DNA of 32,000 nucleotides, from NCBI RefSeq assembly GCF_021498145.1, contig NZ_CP054161.1; one strand, given 5' to 3'. Both the position numbers and the translations under genes were made by a program. Below, piece by piece: positions 22,144 to 32,000 of this stretch. Positions within the stretch are counted from its first letter, which is position 1. Each line of letters starts with the position of its first letter. The notes below the pieces were generated by a model. It was given only the letters and a program-made list of their open reading frames with translations, made no database searches and was not told where the DNA came from. This DNA comes from Escherichia coli (lineage in GTDB: Bacteria > Pseudomonadota > Gammaproteobacteria > Enterobacterales > Enterobacteriaceae).

Positions 22144-23645
22144 TGAAGACGTTGTTCTCCCGCTTAATTACCGTTATTGCCTGCTTTTTTATCTTCTCTG
22201 CCGCATGGTTTTGCCTGTGGAGTATCAGCCTGCACCTGGTTGAGCGCCCTGATATGGCGGTGCTGTTATTTCCGTTTGGTCTGCGTCTGGGGCTAATGCT
22301 GCAATGCCCGCGCGGATACTGGCCCGTATTGCTGGGCGCGGAATGGCTGCTGATTTACTGGCTAACGCAGGCGGTCGGTTTAACCCATTTCTCCTTATTG
22401 ATGATCGGTAGTTTACTGACGTTATTGCCCGTGGCGCTGATCTCGCGCTATCGCCATCAACGTGACTGGCGCACCTTGCTGTTACAGGGTGCGGCGCTGA
22501 CGGCGGCGGCGTTGTTGCAGTCGCTGCCCTGGCTTTGGCACGGCAAAGAGTCGTGGAATGCGCTGTTGCTGACTTTAACTGGCGGCTTGACGCTGGCCCC
22601 GATATGTCTGGTGTTCTGGCACTATCTCGCCAATAACATCTGGCTGCCGCTCGGGCCGTCGTTAGTTTCTCAACCGATCAACTGGCGCGGGCGGCATCTG
22701 GTCTGGTACTTGCTGCTGTTTGTTATCAGTCTCTGGCTCCAGTTGGGATTGCCGGACGAACTGTCGCGCTTTACGCCATTCTGTCTGGCGCTGCCGATTA
22801 TCGCGCTGGCCTGGCACTACGGCTGGCAAGGGGCGCTGATTGCGACGTTGATGAACGCCATCGCGCTGATCGCCAGTCAAACCTGGCGCGATCATCCGGT
22901 GGATTTATTGCTCTCACTGCTGGTGCAAAGTCTGACAGGGTTGTTACTGGGCGCAGGTATCCAGCGGTTGCGTGAACTTAACCAGTCGCTGCAAAAAGAA
23001 CTGGCGCGCAATCAGCATCTCGCTGAACGTTTGTTAGAAACTGAAGAGAGCGTGCGCCGCGACGTGGCGCGTGAGCTGCACGATGATATCGGTCAGACCA
23101 TCACTGCTATTCGTACTCAAGCGGGCATTGTCCAGCGACTTGCGGCAGATAACGCCAGTGTGAAGCAGAGCGGGCAGCTCATCGAACAACTGTCGCTGGG
23201 CGTTTACGATGCGGTGCGCCGTTTGTTAGGTCGGTTACGTCCGCGCCAGTTGGATGATCTCACCCTGGAGCAGGCCATCCGCTCACTGATGCGGGAAATG
23301 GAGCTGGAAGGGCGCGGCATTGTCAGCCATCTCGAATGGCGAATCGATGAATCAGCGTTAAGTGAAAACCAGCGAGTGACGTTGTTTCGCGTCTGCCAGG
23401 AAGGGCTGAACAACATTGTGAAACATGCCGATGCCAGCGCGGTCACCCTGCAAGGCTGGCAGCAGGATGAACGGTTGATGCTGGTGATTGAAGACGATGG
23501 CAGCGGTTTACCGCCGGGTTGCGGGCAACAAGGTTTTGGCCTCACCGGAATGCGCGAGCGCGTAACGGCGCTGGGCGGCACCTTGACCATTTCCTGTCTG
23601 CACGGCACGCGTGTCAGCGTTTCTCTACCTCAACGCTATGTCTAA
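22143..23645 (+). CDS. uhpB: Sensor histidine kinase UhpB, 500 aa
   Basis: [24 protein letters not shown]... MASE1-like membrane domain, H-box [16 protein letters not shown], HATPase. ATG overlaps the uhpA stop. Confidence 0.98.
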   Translation: MKTLFSRLITVIACFFIFSAAWFCLWSISLHLVERPDMAVLLFPFGLRLGLMLQCPRGYWPVLLGAEWLLIYWLTQAVGLTHFSLLMIGSLLTLLPVALISRYRHQRDWRTLLLQGAALTAAALLQSLPWLWHGKESWNALLLTLTGGLTLAPICLVFWHYLANNIWLPLGPSLVSQPINWRGRHLVWYLLLFVISLWLQLGLPDELSRFTPFCLALPIIALAWHYGWQGALIATLMNAIALIASQTWRDHPVDLLLSLLVQSLTGLLLGAGIQRLRELNQSLQKELARNQHLAERLLETEESVRRDVARELHDDIGQTITAIRTQAGIVQRLAADNASVKQSGQLIEQLSLGVYDAVRRLLGRLRPRQLDDLTLEQAIRSLMREMELEGRGIVSHLEWRIDESALSENQRVTLFRVCQEGLNNIVKHADASAVTLQGWQQDERLMLVIEDDGSGLPPGCGQQGFGLTGMRERVTALGGTLTISCLHGTRVSVSLPQRYV

Positions 23646-23654
23646 GGTTTGATG

Positions 23655-24974
23655 ATGTTGCCGTTTCTGAAAGCGCCTGCCGATGCGCCATTAATGACTG
23701 ATAAACATGAAATTGATGCCCGCTATCGTTACTGGCGTCGGCATATTCTGCTGACCATCTGGCTGGGTTACGCGCTGTTTTACTTCACGCGGAAAAGTTT
23801 TAACGCCGCCGTACCAGAAATCCTTGCTAATGGCGTGCTCAGCCGTAGCGATATCGGCCTGTTAGCGACCCTGTTTTACATTACCTACGGCGTGTCGAAG
23901 TTTGTCTCCGGCATTGTCAGCGATCGCTCAAATGCCCGTTATTTTATGGGGATAGGGCTTATCGCCACGGGCATCATCAACATTCTGTTTGGCTTCTCGA
24001 CGTCGCTATGGGCGTTTGCCGTGCTCTGGGTGCTGAACGCCTTTTTCCAGGGCTGGGGTTCACCGGTGTGTGCGCGTCTGTTAACGGCCTGGTATTCTCG
24101 TACCGAGCGCGGCGGTTGGTGGGCATTATGGAACACGGCGCATAACGTTGGCGGTGCGCTCATTCCCATTGTGATGGCAGCAGCTGCGCTGCATTACGGC
24201 TGGCGTGCCGGGATGATGATTGCTGGTTGTATGGCGATCGTCGTGGGGATTTTTCTCTGCTGGCGGCTGCGCGATCGCCCGCAGGCGTTAGGTTTACCAG
24301 CGGTCGGTGAATGGCGACACGACGCGCTGGAGATTGCTCAACAACAAGAAGGGGCAGGGCTGACGCGTAAAGAGATCCTCACCAAGTATGTGTTGCTGAA
24401 TCCGTATATCTGGCTGCTTTCGTTTTGCTATGTGCTGGTCTATGTGGTCCGGGCGGCAATCAACGACTGGGGCAATTTGTATATGTCCGAGACGCTGGGC
24501 GTCGATTTGGTCACGGCGAATACGGCAGTGACAATGTTTGAACTGGGCGGATTTATCGGTGCGCTGGTAGCGGGTTGGGGCTCGGACAAACTGTTTAACG
24601 GCAACCGCGGGCCGATGAATTTGATTTTCGCTGCCGGAATTTTGCTTTCAGTCGGCTCGCTGTGGCTGATGCCATTTGCCAGCTACGTGATGCAGGCAAC
24701 CTGCTTCTTCACCATTGGTTTTTTTGTCTTTGGCCCGCAGATGTTAATCGGCATGGCGGCGGCAGAATGTTCCCACAAAGAGGCGGCAGGGGCGGCGACG
24801 GGATTTGTCGGCTTGTTTGCTTATCTGGGGGCGTCGCTTGCTGGTTGGCCGCTGGCGAAAGTGCTCGATACCTGGCACTGGAGCGGATTTTTTGTAGTTA
24901 TCGCCATTGCCGCCGGGATTTCCGCACTGCTGTTACTGCCCTTTTTGAACGCCCAGACACCGCGAGAAGCGTGA
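23655..24974 (+). CDS. uhpC: Glucose-6-phosphate-sensing MFS receptor UhpC, 439 aa
   Basis: MLPFLKAPADAPLMTDKHEIDARYRYWRRHILLTIWLGYALFYFTRKSFNAA... Homologous to UhpT. Confidence 0.97.
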   Translation: MLPFLKAPADAPLMTDKHEIDARYRYWRRHILLTIWLGYALFYFTRKSFNAAVPEILANGVLSRSDIGLLATLFYITYGVSKFVSGIVSDRSNARYFMGIGLIATGIINILFGFSTSLWAFAVLWVLNAFFQGWGSPVCARLLTAWYSRTERGGWWALWNTAHNVGGALIPIVMAAAALHYGWRAGMMIAGCMAIVVGIFLCWRLRDRPQALGLPAVGEWRHDALEIAQQQEGAGLTRKEILTKYVLLNPYIWLLSFCYVLVYVVRAAINDWGNLYMSETLGVDLVTANTAVTMFELGGFIGALVAGWGSDKLFNGNRGPMNLIFAAGILLSVGSLWLMPFASYVMQATCFFTIGFFVFGPQMLIGMAAAECSHKEAAGAATGFVGLFAYLGASLAGWPLAKVLDTWHWSGFFVVIAIAAGISALLLLPFLNAQTPREA

Positions 24975-25100
24975 TGCATCTCACCTTTTCACTTCATATC
25001 CGGCAAAACTAAGAAATTTTCCAGGTTTTGCCTGGACGCTATCTCAGGCCTGATTTGCTGCTGATTTTTACAATGCCATCATTCATTAATTCTTTCCCAA

Positions 25101-25213
25101 AATAATTCAAGTTGCAGGAACGCAGCAAACGCGTGAGTCCCGGGAGCATAGTGAACTATGTGACCGGGAGGAATGCGTGCAGCTAAGGCACCTGCGGGTT
25201 GAAGTATGAAGGG
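25101..25213. repeat. Imperfect long palindromic intergenic repeat in the uhpC-uhpT spacer
   Basis: Left arm TTCAAGTTGCAGG...GTCCCGGG; right arm CCGGGAGG...CACCTGCGGGTTGAAG; centre CATAG-TGAA-CTATG. Resembles the TTCAAGTTGCAGG...CCTGCAACTTGAA repeats seen in many enterobacterial intergenic regions. Confidence 0.75.
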
Positions 25214-25229
25214 AAATCAGGAGTAACCC

Positions 25230-26621
25230 ATGCTGGCTTTCTTAAACCAGGTTCGCAAGCCGACCCTGGACCTTCCGCTCGAAGTGCGGCGCAAAATGTG
25301 GTTCAAACCGTTCATGCAATCCTACCTGGTGGTCTTTATCGGCTACCTGACGATGTACCTGATTCGCAAGAACTTTAACATCGCGCAGAACGACATGATC
25401 TCGACCTACGGGTTGAGCATGACGCAGCTGGGGATGATCGGCCTGGGTTTCTCCATCACTTATGGCGTGGGTAAAACGCTGGTTTCCTACTACGCCGACG
25501 GCAAAAACACCAAACAATTCCTGCCGTTCATGCTGATCCTGTCTGCCATTTGTATGCTGGGCTTCAGCGCCAGTATGGGCAGCGGCTCGGTTAGCCTGTT
25601 CCTGATGATTGCCTTCTACGCCTTAAGCGGCTTTTTCCAGAGTACCGGCGGTTCGTGCAGTTACTCCACCATCACGAAATGGACGCCGCGTCGTAAACGC
25701 GGGACATTCCTCGGTTTCTGGAACATTTCTCACAACCTTGGCGGTGCAGGCGCAGCGGGTGTGGCGCTGTTCGGCGCAAATTACCTGTTCGATGGTCATG
25801 TCATCGGCATGTTTATTTTCCCGTCGATTATCGCGCTGATTGTCGGTTTTATCGGCCTGCGTTACGGCAGCGACTCCCCGGAATCTTATGGCCTCGGCAA
25901 AGCTGAAGAGCTGTTCGGCGAGGAGATCAGCGAAGAGGACAAAGAGACAGAATCTACCGATATGACCAAGTGGCAGATCTTTGTTGAGTATGTGCTGAAA
26001 AACAAAGTGATCTGGCTACTGTGCTTCGCCAACATTTTCCTCTATGTGGTGCGTATTGGTATCGACCAGTGGTCAACCGTGTACGCGTTCCAGGAACTGA
26101 AACTCTCTAAAGCGGTGGCGATTCAGGGCTTTACGCTGTTTGAAGCTGGTGCGCTGGTCGGTACGCTGCTGTGGGGCTGGCTCTCTGACCTGGCGAACGG
26201 TCGCCGTGGCCTGGTGGCCTGCATCGCGCTGGCGCTGATTATCGCCACGCTCGGTGTGTATCAACATGCCAGCAACGAATATATCTACCTGGCTTCTCTC
26301 TTTGCGTTGGGTTTCCTGGTCTTTGGCCCGCAATTGTTGATTGGTGTGGCTGCTGTTGGCTTTGTACCTAAAAAAGCGATTGGCGCTGCCGATGGTATTA
26401 AAGGCACCTTCGCTTACCTGATTGGTGACAGCTTTGCCAAGTTAGGTCTGGGAATGATTGCCGATGGAACGCCGGTATTCGGCCTTACCGGCTGGGCAGG
26501 CACCTTCGCTGCGCTGGATATCGCCGCGATTGGTTGTATCTGCCTGATGGCGATAGTGGCGGTGATGGAAGAACGCAAAATCCGCCGCGAGAAAAAAATT
26601 CAGCAGTTGACAGTGGCATAA
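25230..26621 (+). CDS. uhpT: Hexose-6-phosphate:phosphate antiporter UhpT, 463 aa
   Basis: [56 protein letters not shown]... Confidence 0.98.
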
Positions 26622-26667
26622 ACGTAACTGGTGACTTTTGCCCGGCATGACGCCGGGCTTTTTTTTA

Positions 26668-28434
26668 TTATTCCGTGACTTCCAGCGTGGTGAAGGCAAA
26701 CTTCTCGCCATCAAACAGCCCCTGACTGGTTAGTTTCAGCGCGGGGATCACTGGCAGAGAAAGAAACGCCATCTGAATAAACGGCTCATCCGGTAACGGA
26801 CCACATTCACGGGCGGCGGCTTTCAAGGCGTCAATTTGCTCCGCCAGCGACTGCGCCGTGTCGGTGCTCATCAGCCCGGCAATGGGTAACGGCAGATGAC
26901 TTTGGACCTGGCCGTTACGTACCACGCACAGCCCGCCGCCATCCTGAATCACCTGATTGACCGCCAGCGCCATCTCTTCGGCACTGCGACCGATCACCAC
27001 AATATTATGGCTGTCATGGCTGACCGTCGCAGCCAGCGCGCCTTCATTCAGACCAAAGCCGCCGAGCAAACCACAAGCCGGAGCCAGACGTTGCCCGTAA
27101 CGCTCAAGGACGGCAATAAAGCACACATCATCGCGATCAAAACCATTTTCGCTGTAGACGCTGGAGCGGGAGTGCGTAATCAATTCGTTATGGATGACGT
27201 CAATTACCCGATAGCGTTTTCCGGGCGTGAATTGCAGGGCAAAGTCGCTGGCGGAAACTGGCTGGCGGGCAATGGTGTTGCCATATGGCGGAGCGGATTG
27301 TGCCAGTCTCGCCGACTCTTCCGCCTGTAAGGTTTGCGCGTCAATCGGTTCGCCTTTCACCAGTACCTGCTGCACCGTGACCTTACGCGCATCGCTCAAC
27401 AGGACGATATCAGCCTGCTTACCGGGTGCCAGTAAGCCGAGGTGATTCAGACCAAAGTGGCGCGCCGTCGACCAGCTGGCGACGCGATATGCCACATGCA
27501 GCGGCACATTGTGTTGTTCGATCAGGCGGCGAATTAAGGCATCGATGTGTCCTTCATGGGCGATCTCCCACGGGTTACGGTCATCAGTACAGAGCATGCA
27601 TTGCGGGCTGTTAAATTCGTTGATCAACGGTGCCAGTGCGTTGAGATTGCGGGCAGCGGACCCTTCGCGGATCATCAACGACATGCCGAGTTGTAATTTC
27701 CGGCGTCCTTCTTCCAGCTGATAACTTTCGTGGCAGTTTTCAATACCCGCAGCAATATAGGCGTTAAGTGCTTTACCACCCAAACCCGGGCAGTGACCGT
27801 CCAGTGTCAGGTGGCGAAATGCATCCAGTTTATCGAGCAGTGCATTCTGCCCGCTAATTACGCCAGGGTAGTCCATCATTTCTGCAAGGCCGGTAACCTG
27901 CGGATGGTCCCGCCAGGCGAGCATCTGTTCAAGGGTAAAACTGGCACCGTTAACATCGCAGCCTTCCAGGGCGGGTACGCAAGAGCTGACCTGTAAGTAC
28001 TGGTTTTGCCTTGCCTGTTCGGCACAGCGGGCAAACCAGGCGAATCCGGCTTCGCCCATCACGTTGACGATTTCATGAGGGTCGCAAATAACAGTTGTCA
28101 GGCCGCGCGGCAGGGTAGCGGTTTCAAAGGTGACCGGCGTCATCATGCTGGATTCAATATGCAGGTGAGCATCAATAAACCCTGGCACCGCCGTTGCGCC
28201 GCGGGCATCAATCCGCTGCAAAGCCGGAGCATCAGTGTATTCTGCGCCAACACCAGCAATGTAACGTCCTTTAATCACAATTGGGCCGGAAATTTCTCCG
28301 CCATTGATCAGGTCGAGAATAGAGACATTATCAATAATATAATCGGCAACAGCGTCGCCACGGGAAACGGCTAACAATTCCTGGTATTCCGCCCGGCTAA
28401 TGTGATGAAATTTATGGTTAATAGAATTATTCAT
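26668..28434 (-). CDS. adeD: Adenine deaminase, 588 aa
   Basis: [26 protein letters not shown]... amidohydrolase with [17 protein letters not shown] and [10 protein letters not shown] motifs. Confidence 0.96.
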   Translation of the reverse strand: MNNSINHKFHHISRAEYQELLAVSRGDAVADYIIDNVSILDLINGGEISGPIVIKGRYIAGVGAEYTDAPALQRIDARGATAVPGFIDAHLHIESSMMTPVTFETATLPRGLTTVICDPHEIVNVMGEAGFAWFARCAEQARQNQYLQVSSCVPALEGCDVNGASFTLEQMLAWRDHPQVTGLAEMMDYPGVISGQNALLDKLDAFRHLTLDGHCPGLGGKALNAYIAAGIENCHESYQLEEGRRKLQLGMSLMIREGSAARNLNALAPLINEFNSPQCMLCTDDRNPWEIAHEGHIDALIRRLIEQHNVPLHVAYRVASWSTARHFGLNHLGLLAPGKQADIVLLSDARKVTVQQVLVKGEPIDAQTLQAEESARLAQSAPPYGNTIARQPVSASDFALQFTPGKRYRVIDVIHNELITHSRSSVYSENGFDRDDVCFIAVLERYGQRLAPACGLLGGFGLNEGALAATVSHDSHNIVVIGRSAEEMALAVNQVIQDGGGLCVVRNGQVQSHLPLPIAGLMSTDTAQSLAEQIDALKAAARECGPLPDEPFIQMAFLSLPVIPALKLTSQGLFDGEKFAFTTLEVTE

Positions 28435-28608
28435 ATTTTTCTCATTTTGATTTTATCAATTTGATTATTATTTATCATAAAGAAACGTCGCGAGATTATT
28501 AAAGAATATCCATTAATGTGCAATTGAAATGTGATAATTATCACTGAACCGTTGTTGTCATTTGTTTTACAAAAGCAAGGGATTAAATCTCCTCCAATGG
28601 ACAAAAAA

Positions 28609-29943
28609 ATGAATAATGACAATACCGATTACGTGAGTAATGAATCAGGGACGCTTTCGCGATTATTTAAACTACCTCAGCATGGGACCACCGTCCGCAC
28701 AGAATTGATTGCGGGGATGACCACTTTTTTAACCATGGTGTACATCGTTTTTGTGAACCCGCAAATCCTCGGCGCGGCACAAATGGACCCGAAAGTGGTG
28801 TTTGTTACCACCTGTTTGATTGCCGGTATCGGCAGTATTGCGATGGGGATATTTGCTAACTTACCCGTGGCGCTGGCTCCGGCAATGGGGCTGAACGCCT
28901 TCTTTGCGTTCGTGGTCGTGGGGGCGATGGGTATCTCCTGGCAGACCGGGATGGGCGCGATATTCTGGGGCGCAATTGGGCTATTTTTGCTCACGCTGTT
29001 TCGTATCCGTTACTGGATGATCTCCAACATTCCATTAAGTTTACGTATTGGTATCACCAGCGGAATCGGATTATTTATTGCCTTAATGGGATTAAAAAAC
29101 ACTGGCGTTATTGTCGCCAATAAAGACACCCTGGTGATGATTGGCGATTTAAGTTCTCACGGCGTGTTGTTAGGTATTTTAGGGTTTTTTATTATAACCG
29201 TGTTGTCATCACGTCATTTTCATGCCGCGGTGCTGGTTTCTATTGTGGTGACGTCTTGCTGTGGCTTATTTTTCGGTGATGTTCATTTTAGCGGCGTCTA
29301 TTCCATTCCGCCTGATATTAGCGGCGTCATTGGTGAAGTAGATTTGAGCGGCGCGTTAACACTTGAACTCGCCGGTATCATTTTCTCCTTTATGCTGATC
29401 AACCTATTTGATTCGTCAGGAACATTAATTGGTGTAACTGATAAAGCTGGCTTAATAGATAGTAACGGTCAATTCCCCAATATGAATAAGGCGCTATATG
29501 TTGATAGCGTCAGTTCGGTGGCGGGCGCGTTTATCGGCACCTCGTCTGTTACCGCCTATATTGAAAGTACTTCTGGTGTGGCAGTCGGTGGTCGCACGGG
29601 GCTGACTGCGGTTGTGGTCGGCGTTATGTTCCTGTTGGTTATGTTCTTCTCACCGCTGGTGGCGATGGTTCCTCCTTACGCAACCGCCGGAGCGTTAATC
29701 TTTGTTGGCGTGCTGATGACTTCGAGCCTGGCGCGCGTTAACTGGGATGATTTTACCGAATCGGTGCCCGCATTTATTACCACGGTGATGATGCCCTTTA
29801 CTTTCTCGATCACCGAAGGGATTGCACTCGGCTTTATGTCGTACTGCATCATGAAAGTGTGCACCGGGCGCTGGCGCGATCTGAACCTGTGTGTGGTGGT
29901 GGTCGCAGCTCTGTTTGCACTGAAGATTATTCTGGTGGATTAG
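28609..29943 (+). CDS. adeQ: NCS2/AzgA-family adenine permease, 444 aa
   Basis: MNNDNTDYVSNESGTLSRLFKLPQHGTTVRTELIAGMTTFLTMVYIVFVNPQ... Divergent from adeD. The start was chosen at the internal Met giving the expected 444 aa. Confidence 0.95.
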   Translation: MNNDNTDYVSNESGTLSRLFKLPQHGTTVRTELIAGMTTFLTMVYIVFVNPQILGAAQMDPKVVFVTTCLIAGIGSIAMGIFANLPVALAPAMGLNAFFAFVVVGAMGISWQTGMGAIFWGAIGLFLLTLFRIRYWMISNIPLSLRIGITSGIGLFIALMGLKNTGVIVANKDTLVMIGDLSSHGVLLGILGFFIITVLSSRHFHAAVLVSIVVTSCCGLFFGDVHFSGVYSIPPDISGVIGEVDLSGALTLELAGIIFSFMLINLFDSSGTLIGVTDKAGLIDSNGQFPNMNKALYVDSVSSVAGAFIGTSSVTAYIESTSGVAVGGRTGLTAVVVGVMFLLVMFFSPLVAMVPPYATAGALIFVGVLMTSSLARVNWDDFTESVPAFITTVMMPFTFSITEGIALGFMSYCIMKVCTGRWRDLNLCVVVVAALFALKIILVD

Positions 29944-29995
29944 TAACTGGCGAGGGTTTCCAGATATCATGAGTTCTGATTACGCAGGAGAACTC

Positions 29996-30448
29996 ATGAT
30001 CTGGATAATGCTCGCCACGCTGGCGGTAGTGTTTGTGGTTGGTTTTCGGGTGCTGACATCCGGGGCCAGAAAAGCGATTCGCCGTCTCAGCGATCGGCTG
30101 AATATCGATGTCGTACCCGTGGAGTCGATGGTCGATCAAATGGGAAAGTCAGCCGGTGACGAATTTTTACGTTATTTGCATCGCCCGGATGAGTCGCACC
30201 TGCAAAACGCCGCGCAGGTATTGCTCATCTGGCAAATTGTCATTGTCGATGGTAGCGAACAGAACCTGCTGCAATGGCATCGGATTTTACAAAAAGCCCG
30301 CCTTGCCGCGCCGATTACCGATGCTCAGGTCAGGCTGGCGCTGGGTTTTCTGCGCGAAACCGAACCTGAAATGCAGGATATTAATGCTTTTCAGATGCGC
30401 TATAACGCGTTCTTTCAGCCTGCCGAGGGCGTTCACTGGCTGCATTAA
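29996..30448 (+). CDS. yicN: DUF1198 family protein YicN, 150 aa
   Basis: MIWIMLATLAVVFVVGFRVLTSGARKAIRRLSDRLNIDVVPVESMVDQM... Confidence 0.93.
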   Translation: MIWIMLATLAVVFVVGFRVLTSGARKAIRRLSDRLNIDVVPVESMVDQMGKSAGDEFLRYLHRPDESHLQNAAQVLLIWQIVIVDGSEQNLLQWHRILQKARLAAPITDAQVRLALGFLRETEPEMQDINAFQMRYNAFFQPAEGVHWLH

Positions 30449-30487
30449 AACCGCTTCGTCTTATCAGCCTACAGACCGCGCCTGACC

Positions 30488-30523
30488 TGTAGGGTGGATA
30501 AGGCGTTCACGCCGCATCCGGTA
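30488..30523. repeat. REP-type element downstream of yicN
   Basis: TGTAGGGTGGATAAGGCGTTCACGCCGCATCCGGT matches the REP consensus closely. Confidence 0.85.
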
Positions 30524-30563
30524 TCGGAACTGACAGTAGGTGAACGCATTATCTACGTTCTAT

Positions 30564-30887
30564 TTACAGCAGCACCTCCAGCCCGTGTTTTTGCACAATG
30601 CTGAGCAGTTTTAATGAAATGCCATTGGGGCGTTTAGCGCCACTTTCCCATTTTTGTACAGTTGAAACGCTGGTATTGAGATAGTGAGCGAAGACGGGCT
30701 GACTCACTTTTAATTTTTCCCGCAGTGCTTTTATCTCAACAGGTTGTAAGTCTTGCACGCTGGTCAGGCAGGCTTTGTCAAAAGTACGCATCGTTTCAGC
30801 AGAAATAGCATCGACGCTGGACAATCCAGCCGCTGCGCTGTGAATAGCCTCAAATGCAGGACTTTTAAATTTAGTTTTTGCAGTCAT
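30564..30887 (-). CDS. XRE-type HTH antitoxin (HigA/NadS-like), about 107 aa
   Basis: C-terminal HTH ...EIKALREKLKVSQPVFAHYLNTSVSTVQKWESGAKRPNGISLKLLSIVQKHGLEVLL. Overlaps the 3' end of the upstream toxin ORF by 17 nt. Confidence 0.85.
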   Translation of the reverse strand: MTAKTKFKSPAFEAIHSAAAGLSSVDAISAETMRTFDKACLTSVQDLQPVEIKALREKLKVSQPVFAHYLNTSVSTVQKWESGAKRPNGISLKLLSIVQKHGLEVLL

Positions 30888-31224
30888 AGCAGATCTCTGT
30901 CAGTTCTTTAGTGTTAATCATTGCTGTTAGTTGGGCTTTCGTCAGGAAGGCATAATGCTTTGCAAGTTCACGAAACCCAGCCAGTTCCTGACTATTGATG
31001 TTCGACATATCCTGTTTTGCATATAAAAACGTGTAAAACCAATTGCTTCCCCCTTTTGCCAGAATAATTGCACGCTCACGATTTTGGTGAAGGCGCTTTT
31101 TAAAAACGCCACCGCCAAGTGCATCAGCTTTACCTTGTTCCGTTTCTAAAATGGCACGGCACAACTCTTCATCTGTTATTGCATGAGACCTGGCTTCCCT
31201 TGCAAACCATTTGGTTTTAAACAC
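30871..31224 (-). CDS. RelE/HigB-superfamily (DUF1044-like) toxin, 117 aa
   Basis: MFKTKWFAREARSHAITDEELCRAILETEQGKADALGGGVFKKRLHQNRERAIILAKGGSNWFYTFLYAKQDMSNI... Toxin-first operon with the HTH partner. Confidence 0.85.
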   Translation of the reverse strand: MFKTKWFAREARSHAITDEELCRAILETEQGKADALGGGVFKKRLHQNRERAIILAKGGSNWFYTFLYAKQDMSNINSQELAGFRELAKHYAFLTKAQLTAMINTKELTEICYDCKN

Positions 31225-31249
31225 GCGTATATCGTTGAGGTCCTGTTAT

Positions 31250-31278
31250 TAAAGTATATCACCAAGTGCAATACTTTA
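31250..31278. promoter_or_regulatory. Candidate operator (inverted repeat) upstream of the toxin-antitoxin operon
   Basis: TAAAGTAT-N13-ATACTTTA, perfect 8-bp arms, about 26 bp upstream of the toxin ATG (minus strand). Confidence 0.5.
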
Positions 31279-31457
31279 TCCCTTGTTCCCAACACAATCG
31301 CGAAAATACATATCACCTTGCCCTATGATTTTTATTTCTTCGAGCAGCCTCGAACTTTTCCCACAACACCGTAAAAGTTGCAAAAACGTTAAATGCGTCA
31401 CACATTTCAATGTTAAAGTGGTCGGCTTTTCCCCTGAAACATGCCACGGGTAACACC

Positions 31458-32000
31458 ATGAGTGAATTTATTGCCGAAAACCGCGGCGCGGATGTCATCA
31501 CCCGACCGAACTGGTCAGCCGTATTCTCGGTGGCGTTTTGCGTCGCCTGTCTGATTATCGTTGAGTTTTTGCCCGTCAGTTTGTTGACGCCAATGGCCCA
31601 GGATTTAGGCATTTCGGAAGGGGTTGCCGGGCAATCGGTGACCGTGACCGCCTTTGTGGCAATGTTTGCCAGTTTGTTTATTACCCAGACAATTCAGGCC
31701 ACTGACCGCCGCTACGTTGTTATTTTGTTTGCCGTTTTGCTGACGCTCTCCTGCTTGCTGGTTTCCTTTGCTAACTCATTCAGTTTGCTTTTAATCGGTC
31801 GTGCCTGTCTGGGGCTGGCGCTGGGCGGGTTCTGGGCGATGTCGGCGTCGCTGACCATGCGTCTGGTACCGCCGCGTACGGTGCCGAAGGCGCTGTCGGT
31901 GATCTTCGGCGCGGTTTCTATTGCGCTGGTGATTGCCGCACCGTTGGGCAGTTTTTTAGGCGAGCTTATCGGTTGGCGCAATGTCTTTAATGCGGCGGCG
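31458..32000 (+). CDS. nepI: Purine ribonucleoside efflux MFS pump NepI (3' truncated by window edge)
   Basis: [51 protein letters not shown]... The frame is open to the window end. Confidence 0.93.
   Translation, partial: MSEFIAENRGADVITRPNWSAVFSVAFCVACLIIVEFLPVSLLTPMAQDLGISEGVAGQSVTVTAFVAMFASLFITQTIQATDRRYVVILFAVLLTLSCLLVSFANSFSLLLIGRACLGLALGGFWAMSASLTMRLVPPRTVPKALSVIFGAVSIALVIAAPLGSFLGELIGWRNVFNAAA

Overview
This window is an Escherichia/Shigella-type chromosomal segment. Gene order and protein sequences match the yidR–ibpAB–yidE–yidP–glv–yidLKJHGF–emrD–tisB/istR–ivbL–ilvBN–uhpABCT–adeD–adeQ–yicN–nepI region as I know it from memory; no database search was run. Most of it is ordinary core genome. 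The main exception is an AT-rich accessory insert between ilvN and uhpA (about 18.1-21.45 kb). It carries two divergent tandem paralogous ORFs of about 431 and 487 aa that I cannot assign to any characterised family. Each is preceded by the same 18-bp sequence (ATGAGCGATTTTTGATAG) and followed by a hairpin-like motif with a conserved loop. Other points worth a second look are: a RelE-like/HTH (higBA-order) toxin-antitoxin pair between yicN and nepI; a roughly 100-bp imperfect palindromic repeat immediately upstream of uhpT; apparently intact full-length glvC (IICB) and glvG (GH4) genes; the tisB/istR SOS toxin-antitoxin RNA locus; and a truncated SPASM-like YidF near a Cys-type sulfatase, YidJ. 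No CRISPR array, prophage, IS transposase, rRNA or tRNA was recognised.
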